64,000 bases of DNA, taken from positions 96,001 to 160,000 of the forward strand of contig JAKFCY010000003.1 in assembly GCA_036676395.1 (NCBI GenBank), read 5' to 3'. Both the position numbers and the translations under genes were made by a program. The notes beneath the pieces were generated by a model that was given only the letters and a program-made list of their open reading frames with translations, searched no databases and was not told where the DNA came from. Origin of the DNA: Bdellovibrio sp. GTDB lineage: Bacteria > Bdellovibrionota > Bdellovibrionia > Bdellovibrionales > Bdellovibrionaceae. Shown piece by piece: positions 49,735 to 58,985 of this stretch; the stretch's first letter is position 1; each line of letters opens with the position of its first letter.

Positions 49735-50904
49735 TTACTTCGACAACCAGTCGATGATCTTTTTTGTTTTAACTTCGGTCTGATCTAAAATGGTCTTACG
49801 CCATTCACGATCAGACGGGTTAAACATCTCTACAAAATCATTTTTAATTTTTTCGGCATCTTGTGGGTCTTTAGCCGGATGCCAAAAATTTTGATTTTCA
49901 TAAACCATACGACGCAAAGATTCAATTGATCCTGTTGTTTTCTGACTGTCTAAGGTTCCATATTCAAAAGTAATTCCCACAGATGCCGGGGCTTTATCTT
50001 TAAGTTTGTAATTCGTTTCATGAATAAAAAAACTTAGCATTTCACCCTGAATTGAATAGAACTTTTTATCAGATCCGAAATCAATTTCACCTTCTTCGGC
50101 AAAAATTTCGGCAAGTGGGTTACCTTCTTTTTTACCATTAGCTAAAAGATGTAATTTACCTCGGGCACCGTAACCCGTGTGTAAATCGATGACGAACATT
50201 TTCGTGTGGCCACTGACATATTTATCAATTAATTGATTCATCAGATCCCATTGTTTAGCCACCATGTTGCCGCCGAAGTATAACCCCTGTGGATAAGAGT
50301 ACTGTCCGCGTAAAACCGAATTTCTTAAGTTTTCTAAACCGTAACGAACGATTTTTGTAACCGCAGTCCACATGAATTTCACATTGCTGATAAAACCATG
50401 CGTTGCAGCTGATTCCGGATTTAAATAGTCATACAAATTTTTGTAACCGCTATCATCACTTTCAGACACTGAACGATTGGGGATAAAGTTGCGATTTAAA
50501 TCGATGTTGTTTTCATTCACACGGCGTTTATTTTTAAAACCATACACGTTTAACCCATGCACCATCAAAATATTCACATTTTCGCGGTTTTGCACATAAG
50601 ACTGATCCACCAACCATCGTTGCACAGCTGAACCTACAAAAGCTTCGATGCCATGAGTTCCTGAAAATAAAACTAATAATTTATCGGTTTTATTTTTTGC
50701 TGGCCAATAGATCGACTTAATAGTGCCCTGATCAAAAGTAAATTCATGTTTTTCGGCCGCTGGCTGCAGGGCTTTAACTGTTTGAAAAGCTTGATCGAAA
50801 GCTTGATCAGACTCTTCGAATGAATTTTTAAAATAATCGTTAAAGTCAGCTGCGAATAGGCGTAGGCCCAAAAATAATGAAAGTGTAAATACTATTTTGT
50901 TCAT
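49735..50904 (-). CDS. DUF2817 / M14-like zinc peptidase, exported
   Basis: SGTHGIE, RRVNENNIDLNRN, DLHTGYG and EYGT. Confidence 0.85.
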   Translation of the reverse strand: MNKIVFTLSLFLGLRLFAADFNDYFKNSFEESDQAFDQAFQTVKALQPAAEKHEFTFDQGTIKSIYWPAKNKTDKLLVLFSGTHGIEAFVGSAVQRWLVDQSYVQNRENVNILMVHGLNVYGFKNKRRVNENNIDLNRNFIPNRSVSESDDSGYKNLYDYLNPESAATHGFISNVKFMWTAVTKIVRYGLENLRNSVLRGQYSYPQGLYFGGNMVAKQWDLMNQLIDKYVSGHTKMFVIDLHTGYGARGKLHLLANGKKEGNPLAEIFAEEGEIDFGSDKKFYSIQGEMLSFFIHETNYKLKDKAPASVGITFEYGTLDSQKTTGSIESLRRMVYENQNFWHPAKDPQDAEKIKNDFVEMFNPSDREWRKTILDQTEVKTKKIIDWLSK

Positions 50905-50937
50905 ACACCTATTACAGCAAGATCTAAAGTGCTTTGT

Positions 50938-51492
50938 CTAGTCTTTGCTAATTGGTATTACCGCACAGACCGAAGATGCGATATCCAGAGTAAACGCTTC
51001 GGCTTTAGTAGATCGATAATAACGATCGTACGAATGACTCGAGTTGAAACTAGCTAGCGCTAAAACCACTTTTCCATTATTATCAAACGATTTTGTCATT
51101 TCAATAGCGACAGCATGGTAATTGGTTCCAACTCTGGTCGACTGGCTCGCACTAGCCGAAAAGACATACTTATCGTAATTAAAAACCAACTCTGTATTGC
51201 GACCGCCGAAACCTAAATCGCTGAAATAGCCATTATCTGTGGTTTCGCCGTTTTCATTTAACGTGTAAATTAATTTATCTTCCCACTTCGGTGTTGTCGA
51301 ATATTTTGCCGGCTCGGCATGCCACTCTATATCTAGTGTATAGTTTTTTGCATCCGTGGCTATGATCACGCACGAATATTTTTCCCCGTACTTCACAGAT
51401 TTATCCACAACCGTATCTTCTGCACCAGCATTGGTGCTCAGGCTCGTTAGTAAAATTGTAAAAATCATTGATGTATAAATATTATTTTTCAT
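50938..51492 (-). CDS. Exported hypothetical protein
   Basis: RBS AAGGAG; signal peptide; beta-rich; start at ATG 51492. Confidence 0.72.
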   Translation of the reverse strand: MKNNIYTSMIFTILLTSLSTNAGAEDTVVDKSVKYGEKYSCVIIATDAKNYTLDIEWHAEPAKYSTTPKWEDKLIYTLNENGETTDNGYFSDLGFGGRNTELVFNYDKYVFSASASQSTRVGTNYHAVAIEMTKSFDNNGKVVLALASFNSSHSYDRYYRSTKAEAFTLDIASSVCAVIPISKD

Positions 51493-51622
51493 TTCTTTCT
51501 CCTTATTTTTGTAAGCTACAAAAGTTTTCCACACGACATGTGTTGATAACTCTGTTGCTGCGAATCTAGAAAAAAACAAAGTGTTTGTATAATTCATAAT
51601 TATGAGTTTATTATGATTTTAA

Positions 51623-52477
51623 ATGAGTTTACTCAGCCCCACCCTAGAGGCTTTTTGGGCAGTCGTTCAAAAAGGCACCGTTCAAGAAGCCTCGCAAATT
51701 TTAGGAATTACTCAAACCGGAGTAACCCAACGAATTAGATCTTTAGAAAAGCAGTTACAAACCACTGTCTTTATTAGATCAAGGAAAGGTATGAAGCTTA
51801 CGACCGAGGGAGAATCTCTTCTTCAGTACGTAAAAGTTAGTTTAGAAAATGAGGGAATGGCCCTTTCAAAGATTCAAAAGGCAGCTTTTGAACACAACAT
51901 TGAAATAGGCATCTCGGGACCATCTAGTATTTTGCGATCGAGGGTCATTCCCAACTTATTAGCTTTAAAAACTAAGCTTCCAAAAATCAGATTCAGATTT
52001 GATTTGTCCGACGGTAACCACAATCAAGAAAAACTAAAAAATGGCCATTGCGACTTAGCCATCTTAGAACACCATCAAGTCACCAAAGAGATGGATTCAC
52101 GCATTCTAAAGGCCGAACGCTACAAACTCTATGTGCCAAAGACCTGGAAGAAGCGTAAGCTTGCAGAGATCATCGAAAACGAAGCCATCATTGATTTCGA
52201 TGCAGCCGATAGAATGACATTTCAATATCTGGAAAAGTATCGCCTAAAAAATAAAATCCAAGCAGATCGCCATTATGCAAACAATACCGATGCTTTGATG
52301 TCGATGATCGAACAAGGTTTAGGATATTCAGTGCTGTCAGAAGAATTCGCAAAAAAAAATGGAGAAATATTTGATATTTCTCCAGATCAGCATTTTGATT
52401 ATAAAATTGCTCTTGCTTGGTACTACCGCCCTGAAATGCCTGAGTACTTCAGAGCTATCGTTAAAGCCTTATCGTAA
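51623..52477 (+). CDS. LysR family transcriptional regulator
   Basis: GTVQEASQILGITQTGVTQRIRSLE..L..VF.RSRKGMKLT HTH. Confidence 0.94.
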   Translation: MSLLSPTLEAFWAVVQKGTVQEASQILGITQTGVTQRIRSLEKQLQTTVFIRSRKGMKLTTEGESLLQYVKVSLENEGMALSKIQKAAFEHNIEIGISGPSSILRSRVIPNLLALKTKLPKIRFRFDLSDGNHNQEKLKNGHCDLAILEHHQVTKEMDSRILKAERYKLYVPKTWKKRKLAEIIENEAIIDFDAADRMTFQYLEKYRLKNKIQADRHYANNTDALMSMIEQGLGYSVLSEEFAKKNGEIFDISPDQHFDYKIALAWYYRPEMPEYFRAIVKALS

Positions 52478-53689
52478 CTATTTTAAGCGATATTCAAGAC
52501 GAATATCAGTGCTTTCAGATTTTAAAAGTTTAACAACCTGAGTTTTGCTAAATGGACCATCAATGTCTAATCCATAACAATCTATTTTTAAACCTTCAGC
52601 AGTTACAAGCACCATCATTTTTTGCTCGAAACCACGAGTGTCAGTCACTAGTGCTTTACGACCAGAATAATCAATAGCGTTATCAGTGCGGTTTTCAACT
52701 ACGCAGTTACCTAATGATACAAACGATTGTGCTTCAAAACGCTGTTGAGCAAAATGGCTTAAATCGACATAAAGATCTGCATTCGGAAAAATCAAAGTCG
52801 TTTTATTTTGAACATACTCATAAAAATAAGTGCGTGCTGTTTTACAGCGGCTAGCGATTGAATCTTTAGTGTATTCACGCTTAATCACAGAACCATCATC
52901 TTGCTTGATGTTCTTTTCACAAGGAGTGTCTTGATGGTATTTCATTAAACTCTCACAAGACTTAACCGCCAAAGCAGAATTAGTAATAGATGCATCGTCG
53001 TATTTCCAGCCTGCTTGCGATCCAAGCTTAGCAATAGATTTATTAGCGCGATCTAAAGAAGCTGACCATTCAGTTAATTTTGAAAATTCGTTCTGTGAAC
53101 AAACGGCAAATACGCCCGGACCATTATTATCAATCACCGGAGGCAGCGATGGATCTACCGGTAGTGGTGTTGGATCTATAGGAGTCGGCGTATTATCAAT
53201 TGAATCATCCGGGCGTAAGTTGAATTTTGTTAAGTAACCATCAACTTTACCGCAATCACGATGAATAGTGTAAGCGTCGTAAACTTTAACTTGAGTGCTT
53301 ACGATGGTAGTTTTAGTTTTTTTGCACGGTTCAATTTTGTGGTAGGCAAAACGACTGTCGCAAGCATTGATGGCTTTTAGACTTGCATCAACGGCTTGAG
53401 CTTGTTGTTTACCTTTAGCGGCGTCGATTAAACCGTTAGCTTTATCAACAGCATTGCGCCAAGAAACTAATTGCGCAAATTCGTTATTAGTACATTCACG
53501 CACTTGTTCAGGCTTTAAGGGCTCTAAAACCGTTGTGTCATCGGGATTATTGCCATTGTTTGGAGTAACTGGAGCTGCTAAATCAGTTCCTGAATTTCCG
53601 CCTGAATCTGCACAGCCTGTGGCTGCTAACATGTAAGCGGCACAAAAGATCACCATCATTGTAAACACAGCTTTTGAAAGCTTTTTCAT
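52478..53689 (-). CDS. Lipoprotein with two tandem four-Cys repeats
   Basis: Lipobox ATGC; internal repeat C..NEF..L..W....D.AN...C..YH...PC...C separated by a Pro-rich linker. Confidence 0.8.
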   Translation of the reverse strand: MKKLSKAVFTMMVIFCAAYMLAATGCADSGGNSGTDLAAPVTPNNGNNPDDTTVLEPLKPEQVRECTNNEFAQLVSWRNAVDKANGLIDAAKGKQQAQAVDASLKAINACDSRFAYHKIEPCKKTKTTIVSTQVKVYDAYTIHRDCGKVDGYLTKFNLRPDDSIDNTPTPIDPTPLPVDPSLPPVIDNNGPGVFAVCSQNEFSKLTEWSASLDRANKSIAKLGSQAGWKYDDASITNSALAVKSCESLMKYHQDTPCEKNIKQDDGSVIKREYTKDSIASRCKTARTYFYEYVQNKTTLIFPNADLYVDLSHFAQQRFEAQSFVSLGNCVVENRTDNAIDYSGRKALVTDTRGFEQKMMVLVTAEGLKIDCYGLDIDGPFSKTQVVKLLKSESTDIRLEYRLK

Positions 53690-53852
53690 ATATCCCCCAT
53701 ACGAGAAAAATTACGCTTTTAAACGACAGGTTTTAGTAGCACAAACCTATAGCTAAGAGACCCTATCTTTAGGGCTCTGGTAAAACTTACCCAGGGTGAC
53801 AATTTTGGAGTGTTTTATTCACTTTTGGCCCTATTTAAATTACATACTAGGG

Positions 53853-54779
53853 ATGATCAAAAACCGTTTGGAAAAAAACTTTAAAAAATTAAAGCCATGG
53901 GCTGATAAAAACAAAATCGAAGCTTACCGACTTTACGATAAAGATATTCCTGAATTTCCGTTTTTGGTCGATATCTACAAAGACTACTGTGTTATCTACG
54001 ACAAGACTGAATTGATCGACGAAGGCAAAAATAAAGATGCCGAAGTTGTTGCTGCGGCTCAAGAAGTTTTGAATTTTCCAGTTGAAAAAATCATTTTAAA
54101 AAAACGTGAAAGACAAAAGGGCGTAAGCCAATATCAAAAGCTTGAAGCCTCAAACCGTCGTTTTGCAGTTTTAGAAAATGGTGTTCCAGTTTTAGTAAAT
54201 CTTTGGGATTATTTAGATACGGGATTATTTATCGACCACCGTCCAATGCGCTATTTTTTCTTAAAAAATTCTAAAGAAAAAAAACTTTTAAATCTTTTTT
54301 CTTACACTTGTGTTGTGTCGTTAATGGCTGCGCGCGGTGGCGCTAAAACTGTCAGTGTTGATATGTCGAAAAATTATCTTAACTGGGGTAAAGATAATTT
54401 TGAATTAAACAATATCGACCTTAACGATCACCGTTTTATCGAGCAAAACGCCTTGGAATTTTTGAAAACTGCCTGTGAATGGCCAGATTATGAGCATTCA
54501 TTTGATATGGTGTTTTTAGATCCTCCGACATTCTCGAATTCAAAGGATATGGCGACAGATTTCGAGGTTGAAGAAGATCAAAAATTTATTATCGAACAAT
54601 CGATGAAATTTTTGAAGCCGAATGGCGTTTTGTATTTCTCGACGAATAAGCGCAAGTTTAAGCTAGATCCAGCTCTAGAAACTGCTTTTAATATCAAAAA
54701 TACGACTGAAAAAACGATTCCTCAAGATTGCTTCGACCAAAAAATTCATCATTCTTTTGAGATCAGACAGAAAATCTAA
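53853..54779 (+). CDS. Stand-alone RlmK-like (RlmI/K family) rRNA methyltransferase
   Basis: NRLEKN..KL..WA...AYRLYDKDIPE, DYLDTGLFIDHR, LNLFSYT and LDPPTFSNSK; start at ATG 53853. Confidence 0.88.
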   Translation: MIKNRLEKNFKKLKPWADKNKIEAYRLYDKDIPEFPFLVDIYKDYCVIYDKTELIDEGKNKDAEVVAAAQEVLNFPVEKIILKKRERQKGVSQYQKLEASNRRFAVLENGVPVLVNLWDYLDTGLFIDHRPMRYFFLKNSKEKKLLNLFSYTCVVSLMAARGGAKTVSVDMSKNYLNWGKDNFELNNIDLNDHRFIEQNALEFLKTACEWPDYEHSFDMVFLDPPTFSNSKDMATDFEVEEDQKFIIEQSMKFLKPNGVLYFSTNKRKFKLDPALETAFNIKNTTEKTIPQDCFDQKIHHSFEIRQKI

Positions 54780-54854
54780 AAAAGGCTTGCCCTTACCCCC
54801 CCTAGGCCTTAGTTTCAAAACCTAAATTTAACCCTGTTCAAAGGATCGTAAGGT

Positions 54855-56153
54855 ATGAAAGCTTTAGGAAGTCATATTTTAGTTGAGTTCACCAACTGCA
54901 AAGCAAACGTTTTGAATGACGTTGGTGCCATCGAAGCCGCAATGGTTAAAGCCGCACAGACTGCGGGTGCTACCGTCATCAACTCTACATTTCACCATTT
55001 TTCTCCCTACGGCGTATCTGGTGTTGTTGTCATTCAAGAATCACATTTAGCAATTCACACTTGGCCTGAATACAACTACGCAGCTGTTGATTTATTCACG
55101 TGCGGTGGTTCTGTTGATCCTTGGGTGTCTTTTGAATTTTTAAGAAATGCTTTTGGCGCAAACTATTCAGCTTTAGAAATGAACCGCGGTTCTACACAAG
55201 TTATTAAAAAAGGCGAAACATTACAAGTTAAGCCAAATGATGCTGAAAACTATGATCCATCAAAAGGTTACAAAATCAGCCGTAACGTTTGGTTCACTGA
55301 TAAAGATGAAAACCAAGCTTTATCACTTCGCTACACGGGCGATATTTTATTTGACGAACAATCTCCATTTCAACGCGTTCGTATTTTAGATTCGTGCTCT
55401 TACGGCAAAATGTTAGCGATCGACGACATGGTGATGTGCACTGAGCGTGATGAATACCACTATCACGAAATGATTGCTCACCCTGCGGCGCAAGCTTTTC
55501 AATCTGTAGCTGGTCCATTGAAGAATGTTCTAGTTATCGGTGGCGGCGATGGCGGAACAATCCGTGAATTATTCAAATACACTTCGATCGACAAAATCAC
55601 GATGGTTGAAATCGATGAAGCTGTAGTTCGTGCTTCTAAACTTCACTTACCAAATATCGCTTCTGAATTTAACAACCCGAAATTAAACTTAATCATCGGC
55701 GATGGTATTAAACACGCTGCTGAAGCAAAACCAGAAAGCTATGATTTAATCGTAGTTGATGGTTCTGACCCTGCAGGTCCGGCTGAAGGCTTATTCACTA
55801 AAGAATTCTACACAAACTGCATGAAGGCGTTAAAACCAAATGGCGTATTAGTGACACAAGGTGAATCACCAATGTTTCACTCAGACACTTTTGTTGAACT
55901 TAATAAGTGCTTAAAAACTGTGTTTGGCCAAAACCAAGTTCACACAATGTTATTCCATGCGACAACATACCCATCTGGGATGTGGAGCTTACAAATGGCG
56001 ATCAAGGGTCAATATCACCCTGTAAAGGATTTTAAAGCCACTCAAGCCGCGCAATTTGTGAATTCACAACAACTTAAGTACTACAACGAAGATCTACATA
56101 GTGCGGCGTTTACACTGCCTACGTTTGTTCGTAACATGCTTAAAGGAGAATAA
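54855..56153 (+). CDS. speDE: S-adenosylmethionine decarboxylase / spermidine synthase fusion
   Basis: N-terminal [18 protein letters not shown]-terminal [17 protein letters not shown] and VEID. Confidence 0.93.
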   Translation: MKALGSHILVEFTNCKANVLNDVGAIEAAMVKAAQTAGATVINSTFHHFSPYGVSGVVVIQESHLAIHTWPEYNYAAVDLFTCGGSVDPWVSFEFLRNAFGANYSALEMNRGSTQVIKKGETLQVKPNDAENYDPSKGYKISRNVWFTDKDENQALSLRYTGDILFDEQSPFQRVRILDSCSYGKMLAIDDMVMCTERDEYHYHEMIAHPAAQAFQSVAGPLKNVLVIGGGDGGTIRELFKYTSIDKITMVEIDEAVVRASKLHLPNIASEFNNPKLNLIIGDGIKHAAEAKPESYDLIVVDGSDPAGPAEGLFTKEFYTNCMKALKPNGVLVTQGESPMFHSDTFVELNKCLKTVFGQNQVHTMLFHATTYPSGMWSLQMAIKGQYHPVKDFKATQAAQFVNSQQLKYYNEDLHSAAFTLPTFVRNMLKGE

Positions 56154-56158
56154 TTACT

Positions 56159-56779
56159 ATGTTCAAACTACCTCAATTACCATATGCAAAAACTGGCTTA
56201 GCGCCGTTATTTAACGAAGAGCAAATGACTTATCACTATGATAAGCATCACAACGCTTACATCGTAAATTTAAATAAATTCATCGAAACTGATCCCTCTT
56301 TAAAAGGTAAATCTTTAGAAGAAATCGTTTTATCTTCATCAGGCGGCATCTTTAACAATGCAGCTCAAATCTGGAATCACACGTTTTACTGGTTCGGCAT
56401 GAGCCCTGCTGGAGCTGGCGGACAACCTTCAGCTGAGTTAACTGCACAAATCACAAAAGATTTCGGCAGTATGGATGAGCTTAAAGCTAAATTCGTAGAC
56501 GGCGGCATGAAAACTTTCGGATCTGGCTGGATCTGGTTATGTGTTGATAACGCTGGAAAACTTTCTTTAGTATCAACTTCAAATGCAGCAGTTCCGTTCA
56601 CGAACAATGGCCCTACACCGCTTTTAACAGCTGATGTTTGGGAACACGCTTACTACGTTGATTACAGAAATTTACGTCAAAAATATCTTGAGACGTTCTG
56701 GACTCACGTTAACTGGAACTTTGTTAACGAAAACTTCGCTTCTAAAAAAGTACGCGATTTAACAAAAACAATGGTTTAA
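56159..56779 (+). CDS. sodB: Fe-type superoxide dismutase
   Basis: HYDKHH, FNNAAQIWNHTFYW, FGSGW and DVWEHAYY. Confidence 0.94.
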   Translation: MFKLPQLPYAKTGLAPLFNEEQMTYHYDKHHNAYIVNLNKFIETDPSLKGKSLEEIVLSSSGGIFNNAAQIWNHTFYWFGMSPAGAGGQPSAELTAQITKDFGSMDELKAKFVDGGMKTFGSGWIWLCVDNAGKLSLVSTSNAAVPFTNNGPTPLLTADVWEHAYYVDYRNLRQKYLETFWTHVNWNFVNENFASKKVRDLTKTMV

Positions 56780-56784
56780 TTCTT

Positions 56785-56813
56785 AAAAGGGAGATTTCGA
56801 TCTCCCTTTTTTT
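56785..56813 (+). terminator. Intrinsic terminator after sodB
   Basis: AAAAGGGAGAT-TTCG-ATCTCCCTTTTTTT. Confidence 0.9.
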
Positions 56814-56838
56814 ATGTCCGAATCTCGGATAAAAATCC

Positions 56839-56853
56839 TGGTCCTCAGGTTGC
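56839..56853 (+). promoter_or_regulatory. sigma54-type -24/-12 promoter
   Basis: TGGTCCTCAGGTTGC, 14 nt upstream of the ATG at 56868. Confidence 0.6.
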
Positions 56854-56867
56854 TACAGCACCTACTT

Positions 56868-57404
56868 ATGAAATCTTTGAACCGAAAAGTTAAATTCAAT
56901 AAAGACGTAACCGAATACTTTCACCTAAATTTTGCGTTTACGATTCACCCTCTATTTCCTGAACTTGATTGGCTGATGATCAATTATCATCTAAAGCGTT
57001 TAGGCGAAATTTATAAAATTGAAATGCATGCCTTTGTGATGATGTCGTCGCATTCTCATTTGCTGTTTAAGGCTTCGCTGCAGAATGAAAATTACTTTGC
57101 TGATGCACTGTTAAATGAATTAAAAGTAAAAACCGGCGAAGCCTCACTTGTAGAACCGATTACGAATATCGCTCAGTATTTAAATTGTTATAAATATGTT
57201 TACCGTAATCCGGTCGAAGCTAGGCTTTCTGCGAAAGTTGAACAGTATCGTTTTAGTTCACTGCATGGGTTATTAGGAAAAAGTGAATTAATCACTCCCG
57301 TGATTGACCCACTTTCGATCACCCAAAATCCGATAAAAATTTTAAATTGGTTAAACAATCACTTCGAGAAAAAACTTTTCCATTTCAACTCTGTTGAAAT
57401 ATAA
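56868..57404 (+). CDS. Degenerate RAYT/IS200-like (Y1 HUH) transposase-family protein
   Basis: HAFVMMSSHSHLL (HUH region) and YVYRNPVEA...YRFSS typical of REP-associated tyrosine transposases; no IS ends seen. Confidence 0.72.
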   Translation: MKSLNRKVKFNKDVTEYFHLNFAFTIHPLFPELDWLMINYHLKRLGEIYKIEMHAFVMMSSHSHLLFKASLQNENYFADALLNELKVKTGEASLVEPITNIAQYLNCYKYVYRNPVEARLSAKVEQYRFSSLHGLLGKSELITPVIDPLSITQNPIKILNWLNNHFEKKLFHFNSVEI

Positions 57405-58972
57405 TTTTTTAAGTCTTGTTTTTGTTTTTCGATAGCGTCATTAGATAAATTTAATTCTGATCTAAAAACTTCAGATACTTCATCTAAAAATTCTAAACCA
57501 TGATCTTTTTGCGCTAAAAATAATGGCGCCCGGCGCGTATAAAAATCGATCAAGTTCAAACACATCGTCGTGTTAATAGCTTGGTAGGCTTCTAACGCCC
57601 AAATACGATCGGTGTAGCCGTATTTTTCTAAGATCACTTTGTTTTCTTTACCGTAACGATCAGCTAATTGTTTTAATAACGGATTTTCTGCCGTATTCAC
57701 GGCTTCGCTATACGCATCGGGCGAAATGTAGGGATTAAGTGGTTCGTTAGTTTGGCATCGCTTTAAAGAAGCCCTAGTATCAAAAGAAAAAGATTTTAAA
57801 GCACAATCAACAATTTGTTCAGCCATTAATCTATAGGTCGTGTATTTACCACCGGCCACAAATGTAAATCCGCGATCATCTGACATGATCGTGTGTTCAC
57901 GGCTGGTTTTACCCTCTGATGATGATTCATCTTTTACTAGTGGGCGCACGCCAACATAACTTGAAATGATGTCTGAAGCCTGTAATTTAGCTCCAGGAAA
58001 ATACTGATTCGTAATATTTAATAAATATTCGACATCTTCAGGTGTAACAATGGCATCTGTTGGATTACCTTTAAAATCTGTATCTGTTGTTCCGACAATG
58101 ATCATTTCATGGCGAGGAATCGCAAATACAATACGACTTGATTCTTGCGCTGCCATAACTACGGCTGAAGAGAGTGGTAAACGATCTTTAGCAAAAGTTA
58201 AATGAATGCCTTTTGTCGGACGCAAAATTGTTTTCCAATCGTCGACAACTTTTTCTCCGACGATGTCTGTCCAAGGGCCAACAGAACAAATCACGTGTTT
58301 TGCCGAGATCTTAATTTTTTTACCGCTAATACTATCTTGAGCGAAAATGGCTTTGATTTTTCCATCAGTGCCAAATTCTGATTTTTCAGCAGATACGTAA
58401 TTTACACAAACTGCGCCGTGTTCATTGGCTGAACGTAAAGTTTCGTGAACTAAGCGATCATCATCCATATATGCATCTGAATAAATAAATGAACCTTGCA
58501 ATTCTTTGGCTTTAACGATCGGCATGCGATCCATAGTTTCATGGGCATTTAGGCGTTCGTGCATTTCTGGAGTCTGAAATAACGATAGGGCATCGTAAAG
58601 CCACATGCCTAATCCCATTTTAAACATGCCAACACGGCTATCAGAAAATAGCGGAATCATAAAACGTAAGGGATGCACTAAATGTGGTGCCATGTGAAAT
58701 AATTTAGTGCGCTCGTTTAAAGCTTCGAACACTAAATGAAATTCTTTATTTTCTAAATAACGAATACCACCGTGAATAAGTTTACTAGAACGTGATGAAG
58801 TTCCAAACGCGAAATCATTGGCTTCGATTAAGCCTACTCTTAGACCGCGGGCGGCCGCATCTCTGGCTACACCAGCTCCGGTAATACCGCCACCTAAAAT
58901 TAATAAATCAAAAGTCTCTGATTCAAGTTTTTTAAGGTTATCAATTCTGGTTTTAAAAGAAAAATCTTTCAT
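57359..58972 (-). CDS. glpD: FAD-dependent glycerol-3-phosphate dehydrogenase
   Basis: GGGITGAG, GTSSRSSKLIHGGIRYL, GTTD, GVRPL and GGKYTTYR. Confidence 0.95.
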   Translation of the reverse strand: MKDFSFKTRIDNLKKLESETFDLLILGGGITGAGVARDAAARGLRVGLIEANDFAFGTSSRSSKLIHGGIRYLENKEFHLVFEALNERTKLFHMAPHLVHPLRFMIPLFSDSRVGMFKMGLGMWLYDALSLFQTPEMHERLNAHETMDRMPIVKAKELQGSFIYSDAYMDDDRLVHETLRSANEHGAVCVNYVSAEKSEFGTDGKIKAIFAQDSISGKKIKISAKHVICSVGPWTDIVGEKVVDDWKTILRPTKGIHLTFAKDRLPLSSAVVMAAQESSRIVFAIPRHEMIIVGTTDTDFKGNPTDAIVTPEDVEYLLNITNQYFPGAKLQASDIISSYVGVRPLVKDESSSEGKTSREHTIMSDDRGFTFVAGGKYTTYRLMAEQIVDCALKSFSFDTRASLKRCQTNEPLNPYISPDAYSEAVNTAENPLLKQLADRYGKENKVILEKYGYTDRIWALEAYQAINTTMCLNLIDFYTRRAPLFLAQKDHGLEFLDEVSEVFRSELNLSNDAIEKQKQDLKNYISTELKWKSFFSK

Positions 58973-58985
58973 TTAAGCCTTTGCT

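Noticed and set aside
51401..51620. Replication origin
   Set aside because: Too few DnaA boxes and no oriC-associated genes.
56814..57404. Active IS200/IS605 element
   Set aside because: No tnpB and no subterminal IS hairpins (the upstream hairpin is the sodB terminator); the gene overlaps glpD.
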